Shown here: in pieces, positions 26,089 to 38,115 of the stretch
How the letters are laid out: every line of letters begins with the position of its first letter
Position numbering within the stretch: position 1 is the first letter of the stretch
Source: Dimorphilus gyrociliatus
Taxonomy: Eukaryota > Animalia > Annelida
DNA length: 64,000 nucleotides
Assembly: GCA_904063045.1 (NCBI GenBank)
Contig: CAJFCJ010000001.1
Location: 310,001 to 374,000 of the forward strand
Direction: 5' to 3'
Notes under the pieces: model-generated
Database searches by the model: none
The model's input: the letters and a program-made list of their open reading frames with translations, nothing else
Told to the model about the DNA's origin: nothing
Program-made: the position numbers and the translations under genes

Positions 26089-29000
26089 TTATAATTGTGC
26101 AATATCGAACATCTGCAATGCGGGTCTCGTAACTCTGACCGATGCTGGCTGGGCGTCGTCTTCCCGACTGTGTTGACGACTGACCCGGATACTGACCGGT
26201 TTAGGATCGTCATTCAAATCCTCATCGCCCTCGAAGGCACTATACGCTGGGTTAGCACCTTGGCTGGGAGCCGCTGACGTCCATGCCGGGGGAGTTATCG
26301 TTCTGCTTGAGGAAGTTGATTGCTTAAACCAGTTTGATTCTCCATTCAGCCAGACTCCCCCACTAGACACCAAAGAAGATGTGTTTAATTGCATTGCAGA
26401 ATGTTCTAGTTCTTTACTTTTGACATCGTTTTGAAGGCGCTTCCGTAGAACATCCTCCCAACCTTCAGCCACATTTTTCTTTCGAAAGCGTTGCTTTGGT
26501 AACGGTTTTAGCGTAACTACCTTTTGCGAACTTCCGTTGTCTGTGCTGTACTCACTGATAGCGATACTGCTACTATCATTATCAATTTCTTTTGAAGTTG
26601 AGGCCGATCGAACTCTTAATCCCTTTGAACTCTGAAGCGGTTTTTTCTGCTCAGGTATGGATGACGGACCTGGGATAATCCTTGCAGGAGGGAAAGGTAA
26701 TTCAATATAAGCCGGTGAACTTTTTGTTTGTTTATTTTTCCTCTCTTCCAGTTCTTTGGCAGCGTCTAAATCATCAATACTCATACTTTGATTTCTTTTC
26801 AGTCGTGCAAGGGAAGGACCCCTATCTGTGTTCAATCTAATCACCATAACGCCAATATTCTCGCGGCAACCGTAGCTTTGAGCCAGATCTTGCAATTGTT
26901 TAGCTGCAGCAACAGGACTACCAATATCGTAAATCTTTTCTACAGCTTCGTCATAGCTTACGAATCTCCATAGCCCTTTATTACCGATAATTACAAATTC
27001 ATCATCTGGCCGAAGTGCTATTCTTGTTACGTGCGGATCAGGAATAACATGAGGGTAGAGATAGCTGACTCCCAATTGTCTGGTACACTTTGTGGTGCCG
27101 TTAATTTTCCCCTCTTCCGTAACGATAGCACTTGTTTCGTAAATTCTTTGCCTCTCCTCACTATCGGAAATCGAGTGTAATTTAGTAATTAATTGAGCGT
27201 CTCCTCGTCTACACAATACTGCTTCAACATCGCCGACGTTTGCTAGTTGGAGAGTATATTGGTTTATCATACCAGAGTATGTTCTTCGAATATACATAAG
27301 GGCCACTGACGCACCGATCTTTTGACCAATGGAAGCCAATTTCGCATGAGCTCTTATGAAAGTGTACTTGAGAAATTTGCTTCTGTTACCACTTCTCTTT
27401 ACTTCCTCATCAAGTATTTCAGGTAACAAGGTAAGGAGTCTCTTTGCTACCTGATCATTCCTACCGCCATCTATTAAACCAACAACAGCAGAATCTTTTC
27501 CACCAAAAGATAACTCCCTAACTAAACTTATGCACAATTTATTACGCCAACCGGGACTAATTGAAAATCCAACTTTCCAAGGTAAAGTTGGATCATGATC
27601 CGCTGGGTCATCCAAAGGATCGGGGAAATTTCGACCAGTTAATCCTGGTAAACCCCTATTTTGACCTGTTAAATCCACTAGGCAAACCCTTTTTTTATGT
27701 CGAATATTCTTGAATGCCTTAGGGTCAACCTTTAACTGTGCGTTTAGGCTCATGTCTAACAAACTAATTTGAGATGCCATCAAACTTGTTACGTTAACAT
27801 TTAACAGTCGATTGTGTCCTACATCCAGAACACGTAGGTTAGATGCCTTTTTTAGATCTGGTAGAGAATTTAGAGCATTTGAATGGGCCCTTAACACGAC
27901 TAACTTTTGAAGATTTCCCAAGCACGAAGGAAGAAATCTTAATTGATTACCAGACACGTTAATTTCTTGCAAGAACTGCAAATTGGCTATTTCTTCGGGT
28001 AATTTTGTCAAATCATTATAAGCCAGGTGCAATACCTAGAAAAATGCATTTAAGGCTATAGTTAATTAATTATTGGTTAGCGAAGGGAAGGAGGTCACCT
28101 TGAGACGATGAAAGCCACAGATGGTCGAACAAGCCCGATCATTTAACAAATTTCCAGTTAAGTACAACTCTTGAACTTTGTTTAGGTCGTACGTCTCATT
28201 CAAGTTTGGAAGGAAATTGAGTCGATTTGAGGACAAATTCAAAATCTTTAATTTGTTAGCACATTGAAAGAAATAGCATGGTAGTTGTTTTATTCCGTTC
28301 GCCTGTAGATAGACTTCTTCGATGAGGAACGAACGGCCTTCTTCTACCTCCGGCAAATCAGTAAGCCTGTTATGGTCCGCTCTCAGTATGCGTAATTTTT
28401 TTGCGCCAGAAAAAATCCTGAGCGGAAGATTCGATAGATTATTATTGTTGACGTAGAATCTTTCTAAGAAGAAGCATTCGGACAAGTAATCCGGTAGGGC
28501 GCGTAATTGATTTTGAGATACATCAAGAGTATGTAACAGTTCCGGTTTGGGTGAAATGGCAAACTGTTCTAAACCTGTGGAAGTAAAGGGAAAAAAGATT
28601 ATTATTCTCTCCCTTTTGTTGAAGATTTTTCAAGAAAAGACTAGGAGGAAGATGATATTTGAAGAATAAAGAAAAATAAAAAAAAGAAAAAAATAGTTTA
28701 CTATTGTTCGAAGCAAATACTTCTTTGAGGCAATTGCCACACAACTGCAAATTACTCATTCGATTCCTTTCGCAATGCAGAGATTGTAAACCCTTTACGC
28801 ATCGTAAATCGAGATCAGTCACATAATTATCTCTTATATCCAAATGAGTTAGTTGTTCTAGAACATGAAACTTAAATGTTTCGGATGCGTGCAACTGCAA
28901 TCTATTCAGTCTTAAGTCAATAACTTTGGCAAATTTCAACTTTGATAGTATTAATTCATTTGATAACTTGGAAATTTGGTTGCCAGACATAATTACCTTC

Positions 29001-30409
29001 TCTACGTCAGAGATTCTTATATCAGTTAAAGCTGCGACGGCAGGTGGTAGTTGATTAAATTTGTTGAACGCCAGAACGAGTATAAAAAGTCTATTCATAG
29101 TTGTCAAGTTGTCTGGTAGATGGCGCAAGAGATTGTTATGTAAATGTAAAGCTTGTAAATTGCGCAATCTGTTAGTTTCTTCCGGGATTTTCTCAATCTT
29201 ATTTGAAGATAAATTTAATTCCACCAAGGTTATTATCTCACACAAGCTTAAAGGGAAGTATGTTAACCGATTATCAGCTAAATTGAGACTTCTTAATCTG
29301 GTAAACTTGGCTAGATCATCAATATAACCTATTTGGGGTAGGGTTAAATTTGTTTCAGATTCCATCTCGGCGATAGCCTTTTCCGATAGTAGGTTCTTTC
29401 TTAAGTTTAAAATAACTAAATGTTCGTTATTAAAAATTGTATGAGGTAAAACTTCTAAGTTACAATTGGACAGATCGGCTTTCGTCGGTAATTTGATAGT
29501 AGCTTTTTTCAATTTTCTTAACCATTTTAAATATTCGGAAGTTAGGGAAAATGAAAGATAATATGTTCTATCACCTCCAATACAAGAGCTTACTTTTAGG
29601 ACATTCTCTCTTCCCTTAGTATTTACTTCCTCTACTTTGCCCTTTACGAGTTCAATTACAGTGGCTGATTCCTGATTTGGCGATGATGATTTATAAACAG
29701 TCATTCTTGTTCCGCATAACGTGCATAATCTTTTCTGCCAAGACGAAAAACGACCTTTCCTTATTTCTGCAAGTGATTTTAACTTATCGGAAGTATATGT
29801 TCCATCAACGTATGGCTTATTAGTTGAAAATCGAATTAAATATTGTAGATCTTCGGAGGTTCCTTCTTCCTGTATTCTCTCTCCGTCAGAGTATCCTATA
29901 TTCATAAGATATTCATTCTGAATGCACAATGGATTTTCATCGCTAAGCAGTCGTCGAGTAACATCTCCATGACACTGTACGAAAAGGGAATTTGGGGATA
30001 CTCCAAGTGTGGCCGCCACTTTTGGAACGGATGTACTCAGAGCACATGGCACTATGACTGACGTCGAAGAGGTGGAGTAAACTCTTATAAAGCCATGAGA
30101 CGAATCTGAACTAAGCCATTCTTTGATTCGTACGTTAGGCTGCCGAAGTGCCACATTAGACCGACCAACTTCAGCCAATTCAATTAAAGATGGTGTCAAA
30201 TCCCATGTTTCTTCATCATCGTTTCCTCCAAGATTGTCATACCCATCTACACCATCAAAAACACGATTAGAACCTTTTCGACTTGGATTTGTCAACCACC
30301 AAGCCTGAGTCTTATTTCTGTAACTTAGCTTAGGTTCCCTAGTCAGGGTGGCTGCTCCGTTTAAATCGGCCGAAAAATGAGATAGAATGCCGCTGCTGCA
30401 TGTCGACAT
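26089..30409 (-). CDS. PHLPP: PH domain leucine-rich repeat protein phosphatase (exons 30409-28702, 28574-28099, 28035-26089)
   Basis: RA-like segment (FIRVY..), PH domain (SSWQKRLCTL..), many LxxLxLxxN repeats and a PP2C-fold domain (WKVGFS..RNKLC, DGGRN, LANVG, GNKGLW). The three ORF-track pieces join at GT-AG sites in frame. Confidence 0.95.
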
Positions 30410-30956
30410 ATCTTATATTGAAAAAAAATCCTTGACAGAAAGTGCACGATCTCAACGCAAATCCTTTATATTTATAAAAATTAAGACAAAAAATCTCGAT
30501 ATTCCGTTATAACTACATTTAGAAAATAAGATATCCTTATATTCATTTATACTGCATATATAAATATATATATAATATAGGCGTGTTGTCCTGATCAAAT
30601 TTGATCAATAATGCGAATCATATTGTTGCATTGAATTCTCTACCCCGACTTTATCGCCATCTGGTAAGGTCTTTTGTAATAAATATATTTTTAAAGAAGA
30701 TATTGTTAGTTTATGAGTTTCTTTCTCAAGGGATTGAATAGATTGATATTGTTTATTTTAATATGACTAAATGTTCACGCCCGCTACTGTTATGTAATCT
30801 CTCGTTAAGGAGTGAAATTACGTAATTGTTTAAAGAAGAAAACAGATGAGTTAACAGCCAACGGGTAATAAAGACGCCGTAGGTGGGGAAAAGAAAGAAA
30901 GAAAGGAAGTAAGAAATGCTGGCAAATAAGATAAAAAGTTAGGAGGAGGGCGGAGC

Positions 30957-31033
30957 TATAAAAAACGCGAAGGAGATTTCAACGTCGATAATTGGTTGAC
31001 GGCGTTTTAGACGAAACGCGTGTAAATCGCGTG
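30957..31033 (+). promoter_or_regulatory. Achaete-scute core promoter: TATA box plus two class-C (CACGCG) bHLH-repressor sites
   Basis: GCTATAAAAA at about 30955-30964. CGCGTG at 31017-31022 and 31028-31033. Confidence 0.5.
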
Positions 31034-31145
31034 GCGTCCACAATGCATTAAAAGAACATATTTTCCAGCATATTGACGCAGTTGGGATTGCTTATCTGTC
31101 TCCGGATCAATTCATTTTTCTTCATCTATTCAGTTTCTCTCTTTT

Positions 31146-31556
31146 ATGGAGGGTATTCAGGAGCCAACTCAATGCAGATATTCTTGCCCGTATGGAGTAG
31201 ACGATTGGGCAACAAATTGGACATCATCATTCCGACCAGTTTTTTTTGAACACACCCGCATAGTAGCCTCCGCCAGAAGAAACGAACGCGAAAGAAATCG
31301 TGTAAAACACATCAATTCATCGTTTGCTGTCCTTAGGCAAAAACTACCATCCTCCAGCGGAAAAAAGAGGAAATTGAGCAAGGTCGACACTCTTAGAGGA
31401 GCAATTGATTATATTCGACATTTACAAAAATTATTAAAAAAGACCGGCGGCGGGCACGTGGAAGATGAAGACGAGACAGAAGATGATGAAGATATGATTG
31501 ACGACAAAGTATCAGACGAACAAAATAGATCTAACAGTCCAAAAAATGAGCGATGA
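31146..31556 (+). CDS. ASCL: Achaete-scute family (ASCa-type) proneural bHLH factor, intronless
   Basis: [26 protein letters not shown]...[18 protein letters not shown], followed by an acidic tail. The usual C-terminal LLDF/Y..W motif is not visible. Confidence 0.92.
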   Translation: MEGIQEPTQCRYSCPYGVDDWATNWTSSFRPVFFEHTRIVASARRNERERNRVKHINSSFAVLRQKLPSSSGKKRKLSKVDTLRGAIDYIRHLQKLLKKTGGGHVEDEDETEDDEDMIDDKVSDEQNRSNSPKNER

Positions 31557-33944
31557 TGAACTGTCTATGTAAATATATCAATCTGTAGAAATATAAGACA
31601 TAAAAATACATTGTACATATGTTTATGTAAATATATATGTGCATTATGAATATGCATATGGACGTATATATTTATTTATTTTTGTTTATCTTTTGTTTAT
31701 ACAGCAGAATAAAAAAAGAAAACACTTATTATATTTTTATCTTTACTTTCAATGTACATATATAGCATACATTGTTTGTTCGATTAATTTCCATCAGTCG
31801 AAAGCCCCTGCGGCTACATTCGACGTCGCATCGGCAGAAGGCAGTCATTGAAATCCCCGCGGACGCCTGCAATAAGAGGGCGCTACTCATTAATGCCGAC
31901 TAATTGGGCGAGAAAATTCGTCCGAGGACGGCATCGCCCTGCGTGGAGGAAAACAAAGAAGGTCATTATCTGCCTACTTCCGGCCTTGTCACCGCTCACC
32001 TCTGACAGCTTAATGGTAGGTCTTACATTGAAACTTCGACTGGTTTTATTAGGACCACCCTCGTACTTTCCTCCTTCATCGCGTTTCCAAACCCTTCTCT
32101 CCTTGCTACTATTTACTTCTCAATTTTTTTTCTCCATTCAGCTATCCTCAGGGCTTTTTTATGGACTCACGAAAGAATTCCTTTTTCGCACCTTGCACGC
32201 GCTTCGTTGATCAAGCACATTGGATGGCGTGAATTCTAACGCCGTTTAGCGGCGTGTGGCGCTTTTGATGTCCTCTACAGTAACAAGGGACCCTAATATC
32301 TAGTTTACAAATATACCAAAAGAAGAGCAAGGGTTAGGTGAGAGAAAATAGAAAGGACAAAAAACATTCATACAAACTATAATAAATTGAAATAACGTTA
32401 AGAATGTTGTTTCCGACCAATCAATCTTTTCGTTGATATAGGAAACCCCATGCCGTCTTATTACTTTTCTAGGGCATCGGCTCCTCGAAAACGCGTTCGC
32501 CTATGAGGAGGATTACGAAATAATTAGGAGGCGGCAAGTTTTCTTTTTATTGTTTCCAACCTCCTTTCTTATTTGCATTCGCCTTCCACCCCCTACTCCT
32601 ACCTAACTAGCTTCGTCAGCTCGCTCTCTCGGCGGGTTGCCACCTTCTTTGTTACAACCTGTTTCGTGGACTATTAGGGTTCAGGTTGTATACATTACAC
32701 ATTAGATCTTTCTTTTCTTATGTAATTAACACAGGTGTTGATTTCTTCGCCCCCCCTACATTCGCCTCATGTCCATTTCTTTAAACGTATAGGTATAATC
32801 AAAGTGATTTTATCATTAGGGGGTTGGTTAAAGGGAAAAACCACACGCGTCTTCGTGACTGGCTCCAATTTAAATAATAAAAAAAGGGTGAATATAAAAA
32901 GGAAGAAGAATCGTACGCCGTCTTTACCTTTCCCACTATTCTTTTCTCTATTTCCGCCACAAAAAGAGGATGGGGGCGTCGAAAATTTATCGTGCGTTTC
33001 ATTCGTTCCTCACTTCAAAAAGAGTGTGAGGCGTTCAATTTTCACTCTTATTACAATCATCACAGTCAATTAATGACATTCAATAACTCAGACTAATGTT
33101 TTGCCAAATATAAACTCTATACTTTTTATAAAATCCTTCGTATTAACTACTCAGACAAATGTGGGCATCTTTAATGCCTCTTATATATTATTCAAGCCTA
33201 ATTTGAATCGGATTAACCAAACTTAATAAACATAAATAGATTACTTTGTTATTTCGTTGATTTGTAGGAAAGCAGTTGATGCTTGGTAACTTGTATAGTT
33301 TCTCACTGTTTTCCCCCTCTCCCCTCCTACCCCTATTCTAAAAAGGTGATCCATCTCATAATAATGCTCTCATAATGATCATTTGTCCTATTATGTTAAA
33401 ATATGTGCACTTATATCTCTACTTTCCCTCGGGGCGTCATTCTCATTAGCGCTGGTAAGTTACTTGACAAATTTTTGGTGCTTAATTTTAAGCTTAGATA
33501 AATTATACCTAACAGTTAAATATGTTTGATCCGGACTTTCGAAAATTTTATGTTTCTTGGGAATTGTTTATTATTCTATTAATTTTAATAAGCTTAATCG
33601 GAGTTCTCTGCGGAGTATTGAAGATAAGGGAACTTTTATTAACGAAGAATTTCTGGTTAAAGTTTAAGGATTGGCTGTAATTATCTTAAATAAAAAAGAT
33701 AAGAATAGCAGAAAGGGAAAGAAAGAGACGACCCGATCTGATTTTATCGGAAATGGTATAAAAATAAATTTGATAAATTGACTAATCTTCATTCGCCCAT
33801 TCACCCATTTCGATCCAATTAGCTTCTCTATTCAACTTTCCAGATTCATAGAGACATTTTCATCTTGTGGCGGCCACCTTCCCATTTTCCGCTCCGTTCA
33901 TCGCGTCCACCTTCATTCACTAATCTCCGAAGATTGTACAGTGG

Positions 33945-33986
33945 GCGTCTATTTAAAAGACGGACGACACCACGACGTGCGTCAGT
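33945..33986 (+). promoter_or_regulatory. TATA-like box and Inr of the Arg-rich secreted gene
   Basis: TATTTAAA at 33950-33957 and TCAGT at 33982-33986, ending 13 nt before ATG 34000. Confidence 0.5.
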
Positions 33987-33999
33987 CGTATCCGGGAAG

Positions 34000-34915
34000 A
34001 TGAAAGTTTTCATAGTCGTACTTGCTTTGACTGTACTCGCATCAGCATTGGTAACCGGAGAGGAATTGAGAAGAAGACGATCTGATTCCTCCCGTATGAA
34101 TGAAGTTAGGAGGCGCTCCAGTGAAGTTCGGCGTCGTTCCACAGATTCTATTCCAAAGAATGATAGAGTCCGTGTTGAAACTATCAGAAGGAGGTCCACA
34201 TCTGAGGGAGAGACGAGAAGATCGGTTACCGTAGGGGACAGAAGAGCAACAAGGAGGGTCGAAGATCGAAGAAGGGAGACTGATCTGACTAGACGAGGTA
34301 GAACGGAAAGGGTCGAAAGGAGACGAACGGATGGAGATCGGGTCAGAAGGGTGGATAATTTGGCACGCAAGCAGAGATTACCGAGTATCGTTGTAAGTTT
34401 ATAAATCTCCTATTTATTCATAAATTATTTGATTATAATTTATAGTTATTTATTTATATTAACAAATAGCTATTAATATATATATATATATATACTAATA
34501 TATACATATTTCAACATTTTACAAATATATGAACTCTTCAACTCCTATGATTTTAAATTTTCATATTTATTTCCATTTAAGCCCGTCAAACCCTACTGGG
34601 ACGCGTTTTCTGCTTGGAAGACCGCCGGAATGGAATCAATGTAGGCCTATATACTTTTTCTTTTATTAAATTATTTATAAAATTCCCCTATGAAAAATAC
34701 CCTGTGAACCGAATCAGTTCTCCAATATATTTATTTTACCGGTAGATAGTTGATATAGGCGTATATGTAAAGTTTTCTTTTTACCGCTTAATTAGCAAAT
34801 ATTTTTCTTCTTAAACAGATCGCTGGAAAATGTTGTAAAGGCGGCCAAAGTCGCAGCTTTAGGAATGAGTACTCTGATGATTAGCAGATCGGCGTTCTCT
34901 GTAAAGAACGTTTAA
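34000..34915 (+). CDS. Orphan secreted Arg-rich protein (exon 1 34000-34392; exon 2 from 34582; optional exon 3 from 34819; 3' frame ambiguous)
   Basis: Clear signal peptide MKVFIVVLALTVLASALVTG, then 111 aa with 37 Arg by my count and no Cys or aromatic residues. Strong donor GTAAGT at 34393. No family recognised. Confidence 0.75.
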
Positions 34916-35610
34916 TTAGAGGAAAATCGAAAGTTTTCCGGCTGCACTAAATTAGTTTCTAGAAATGCTTCTTACCTTTTCCTCTCTGCGTTGTTCTTGT
35001 CTTTTTCTTCCTTTTTCTCTTTATCTCTTTCTAAATATAACAAGCATATTAGTCGTACGTATTTTATCTACAAGTATATATATAGTAAATATATATACTA
35101 ATATACATATATACCATCTATCAAAACTGATACACTGCACTTATTTTCTTTTCTCGCCTAGGCCTATACATAACGTACGAATGATTGCGAGCTATAGTTT
35201 GCATTCACCCTCTTACATGATTGATTATTAATCAACGCGGATGATAAAATATCTATAAACTGTAAATATAAATTAGATCTAATATAAACAGTATAAGTTG
35301 CATATTATGTGCACAATGCATAAAATGTAAGCTCACATAATAGATTAAGCATATTAAAACAAATTAGAGTATTTTTACAAAAATCTGATTAGGCCTAATC
35401 TCCTACTTTAACATGGCAAAATCCGTTGTATATATCAACAAAATAAATATATGATTCAATTCGCATCCTTTGGCAATGAATAAAAAGGAGCGTCGTGAGG
35501 ACAGCGCCGTCTATTGACGACGTTCGAAGAGATTTGCAGATTTTTTTGCAGTAGGCGTGCGGCGCACCGGCCACATTCTAGGCTTAATCGATCGAATTTA
35601 CCATGGAGGG

Positions 35611-37232
35611 ATGCTCGGAAGGCGCGATGTTCCTCCTGTTCTCTTACTTCTTCTACTCATTATTCTCATATTGTTAACTCTCTCTCAAATTCTCGTCGTT
35701 CATCACGGTCGATTTAGAGCCACAGTTCGGGGAAGAGGCCGTGGAAGGACCGAATTAAGACGACTTGATATAAATCTCCAACAACTTCTACATCAAAACG
35801 TTCCGTCAATTGATACCCATCGAAAACTTTTGCAAAACGAAAGAAACGAGGCGAGAATTCGTAATATTTTACACAGAGCTTCAGAGGGAACGATACAAAT
35901 ATCTAATCGAACAGCTTCCAACCAACGATGTCCGCTTATACCGCCGAATTTGTGTAAGTTTCGATCAATACCCTTTTTCTCTCAATTTTCGCTGCGGATT
36001 AATGTAATATTCATAGACTTTTCACCTTTTTACCCATTTCGTACGACCTTTAACACTTTCCTCTCTCGACAGTTGGTCCCATAAGGGTCAATACCACTAC
36101 ACAATCATCTGATAGAGCTTCTGAGGAGCTAGAATTTGGTGGGAGTTGGCGTCCTAAGGACTGCATAGCAAGACACAAAGTAGCCGTAATAATACCTTAT
36201 CGCGATCGAAAGGAACATTTGACTATCCTCTTATCATATTTACATCCCATATTGCAAAGGCAGCAATTGGATTATCGTTTATTTGTTGTAGAGCAATTCG
36301 GCATTCAAACCTTTAATAAGGCAAGGATAATGAATGTCGCTTTTATAGAAGCTGCTAAGGTATATTCGTCTTCGTGCGTGGTCTTCCATGACGTTGACTT
36401 GATTCCTGAGGATGACCGCAACATGTACAGCTGCCCGGAACAACCTCGGCATATGTCAGTGGCTATCGACGAAATGGGATACAAGTAAGATAATTACCGT
36501 AGATGAAAGAGCGTTCTCCATAGTTGAAAGGCAGCGTTAAAAATAAAGCCTACAGCATAATTCTAAAATAAAATATACACCCAATACAACGAAAAGAGAA
36601 GAGAAAGAGCGAATAGAATTGCGCCATCTATTGATCAATAATCATTAAATCCCTCATCACGCAATCGCAAAACGCTCTCACCCAAACAGTATTTTACTCC
36701 TTTAATTTTTATGCTTAATACGTATATTTATGGACGACAGATTGGCCTACGAGGAATTAGTAGGAGGCGTGTTGGCAATGCGAAACGAGCACTTTGAACT
36801 AGTCAACGGCTACTCGAATTTATATTGGGGCTGGGGAGCAGAGGACGACGATATCGCCTACAGGTATGGAAATTACCGAATAGCATTCCATAGAGTTCAA
36901 CAAAACTTTCCCTCTCCCCTCTCATTTTTCCTTTTTCATTACGTTTGCTCTAATTAGACCTATTCACCGAATTTTCTATATTTTTTAGGATATTGTATTC
37001 CGGTTTGGTTATCAGTCGACCGCCAACGAGGATAGCACGCTACAAGATGGTTAAACACACGAAAAGAAAACCTTCCGATTGGAGAAAGAGAATTAGGCTC
37101 CTTTATACCGGAACTAGACGTCTACAATACGACGGCCTAAATAGTGTCCAGTATAAGCTCCTCTCTACTAAACTACACGATTCATATACTCATTTTTTAG
37201 TTGATATAGGCAAACCTCCTCAGGGCTTCTAG
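35611..37232 (+). CDS. GT7 beta-1,4-galactosyltransferase family, probably beta-1,4-N-acetylgalactosaminyltransferase (bre-4-like) (exons 35611-35953, 36073-36484, 36741-36863, 36989-37232)
   Basis: Type II TM anchor, then CPLIPPNL, VAVIIPYRDR, FNKARIMN, FHDVDL, PRHMSVA, WGWGAEDDD and YKMVKH. In-frame GT-AG junctions. Confidence 0.92.
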
Positions 37233-38115
37233 GCCTGAAGGATATCAGGTGGTCAGCCCACCAACGCAGATGATTTTCTTTTATTTTCGTACATTTTGTT
37301 ACAAACTACTTCCATTTATTTGTAATAAGTCTCATAAGAATACAAATAAAATATCAAATGTACTATTGGTGTCATTTTATGTGCTTTATATTAGTAGTTA
37401 TGTACATTTAAAACTTTATATAGTCTCTTTGTTTATTTTTCTTCTTAATATAAACTAGACTGTGAGAAATTAGAATTTAGATTAAAGGTCTAAGCTTTTA
37501 AAATAGTTTTTAGGGAATTAGAAAGACGAGTGAGGTTCTAGTTAATGAGAAAATTACTCTGGAAAATAGATGATTCGAAAACTGCGCGCCAAGGGACAAC
37601 TGTTAAGCGTTTGGCAATTTTGCCTTTACTTGCCGTTATCGCTCATATAATAAGCTTCAAACGGTAAATAAATATGATTTTCTTACATATTCTTTTTAGA
37701 TAGTTTTTGTCAATCGTCATTTATGATTTCTATAAACTTCTTAATTGTTTACAACCCTAAGAGCGCCACCTATCGCATACAAAAAGCAAAATAAAGAGCA
37801 AAATAATCGATTGCGAATACGCCAACGTCGTTTTCTGTAGATTAATATTAATGAGCACAGTCACAGCTGCAAAGCGCCTGCTGGGTTTTTCGAACTCCAA
37901 AAGTAAGTCCATAAACCGGAATATTTTGTTGCAGTGCATTATCGATCTGGATTTATATTATCGTAGGAAAGGAATTTGAAAGAAATTGGCAGAAAATTGG
38001 GCGGCGTTCAGGTCGTTGTGAAGAAACAGCTGTTTTAAGATAATTAGTGCAGAAGTAGTCAAGTGATCTTTAGTTGTGTAGGATTATGTGGGACAATTAG
38101 AATCTAAAAGACAAT

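Noticed and set aside
33846-34370. 174-aa antisense ORF over the Arg-rich gene
   Set aside because: It is a shadow of Arg/Ser/Thr/Val codon bias. The + frame has the signal peptide, TATA/Inr and a splice donor.
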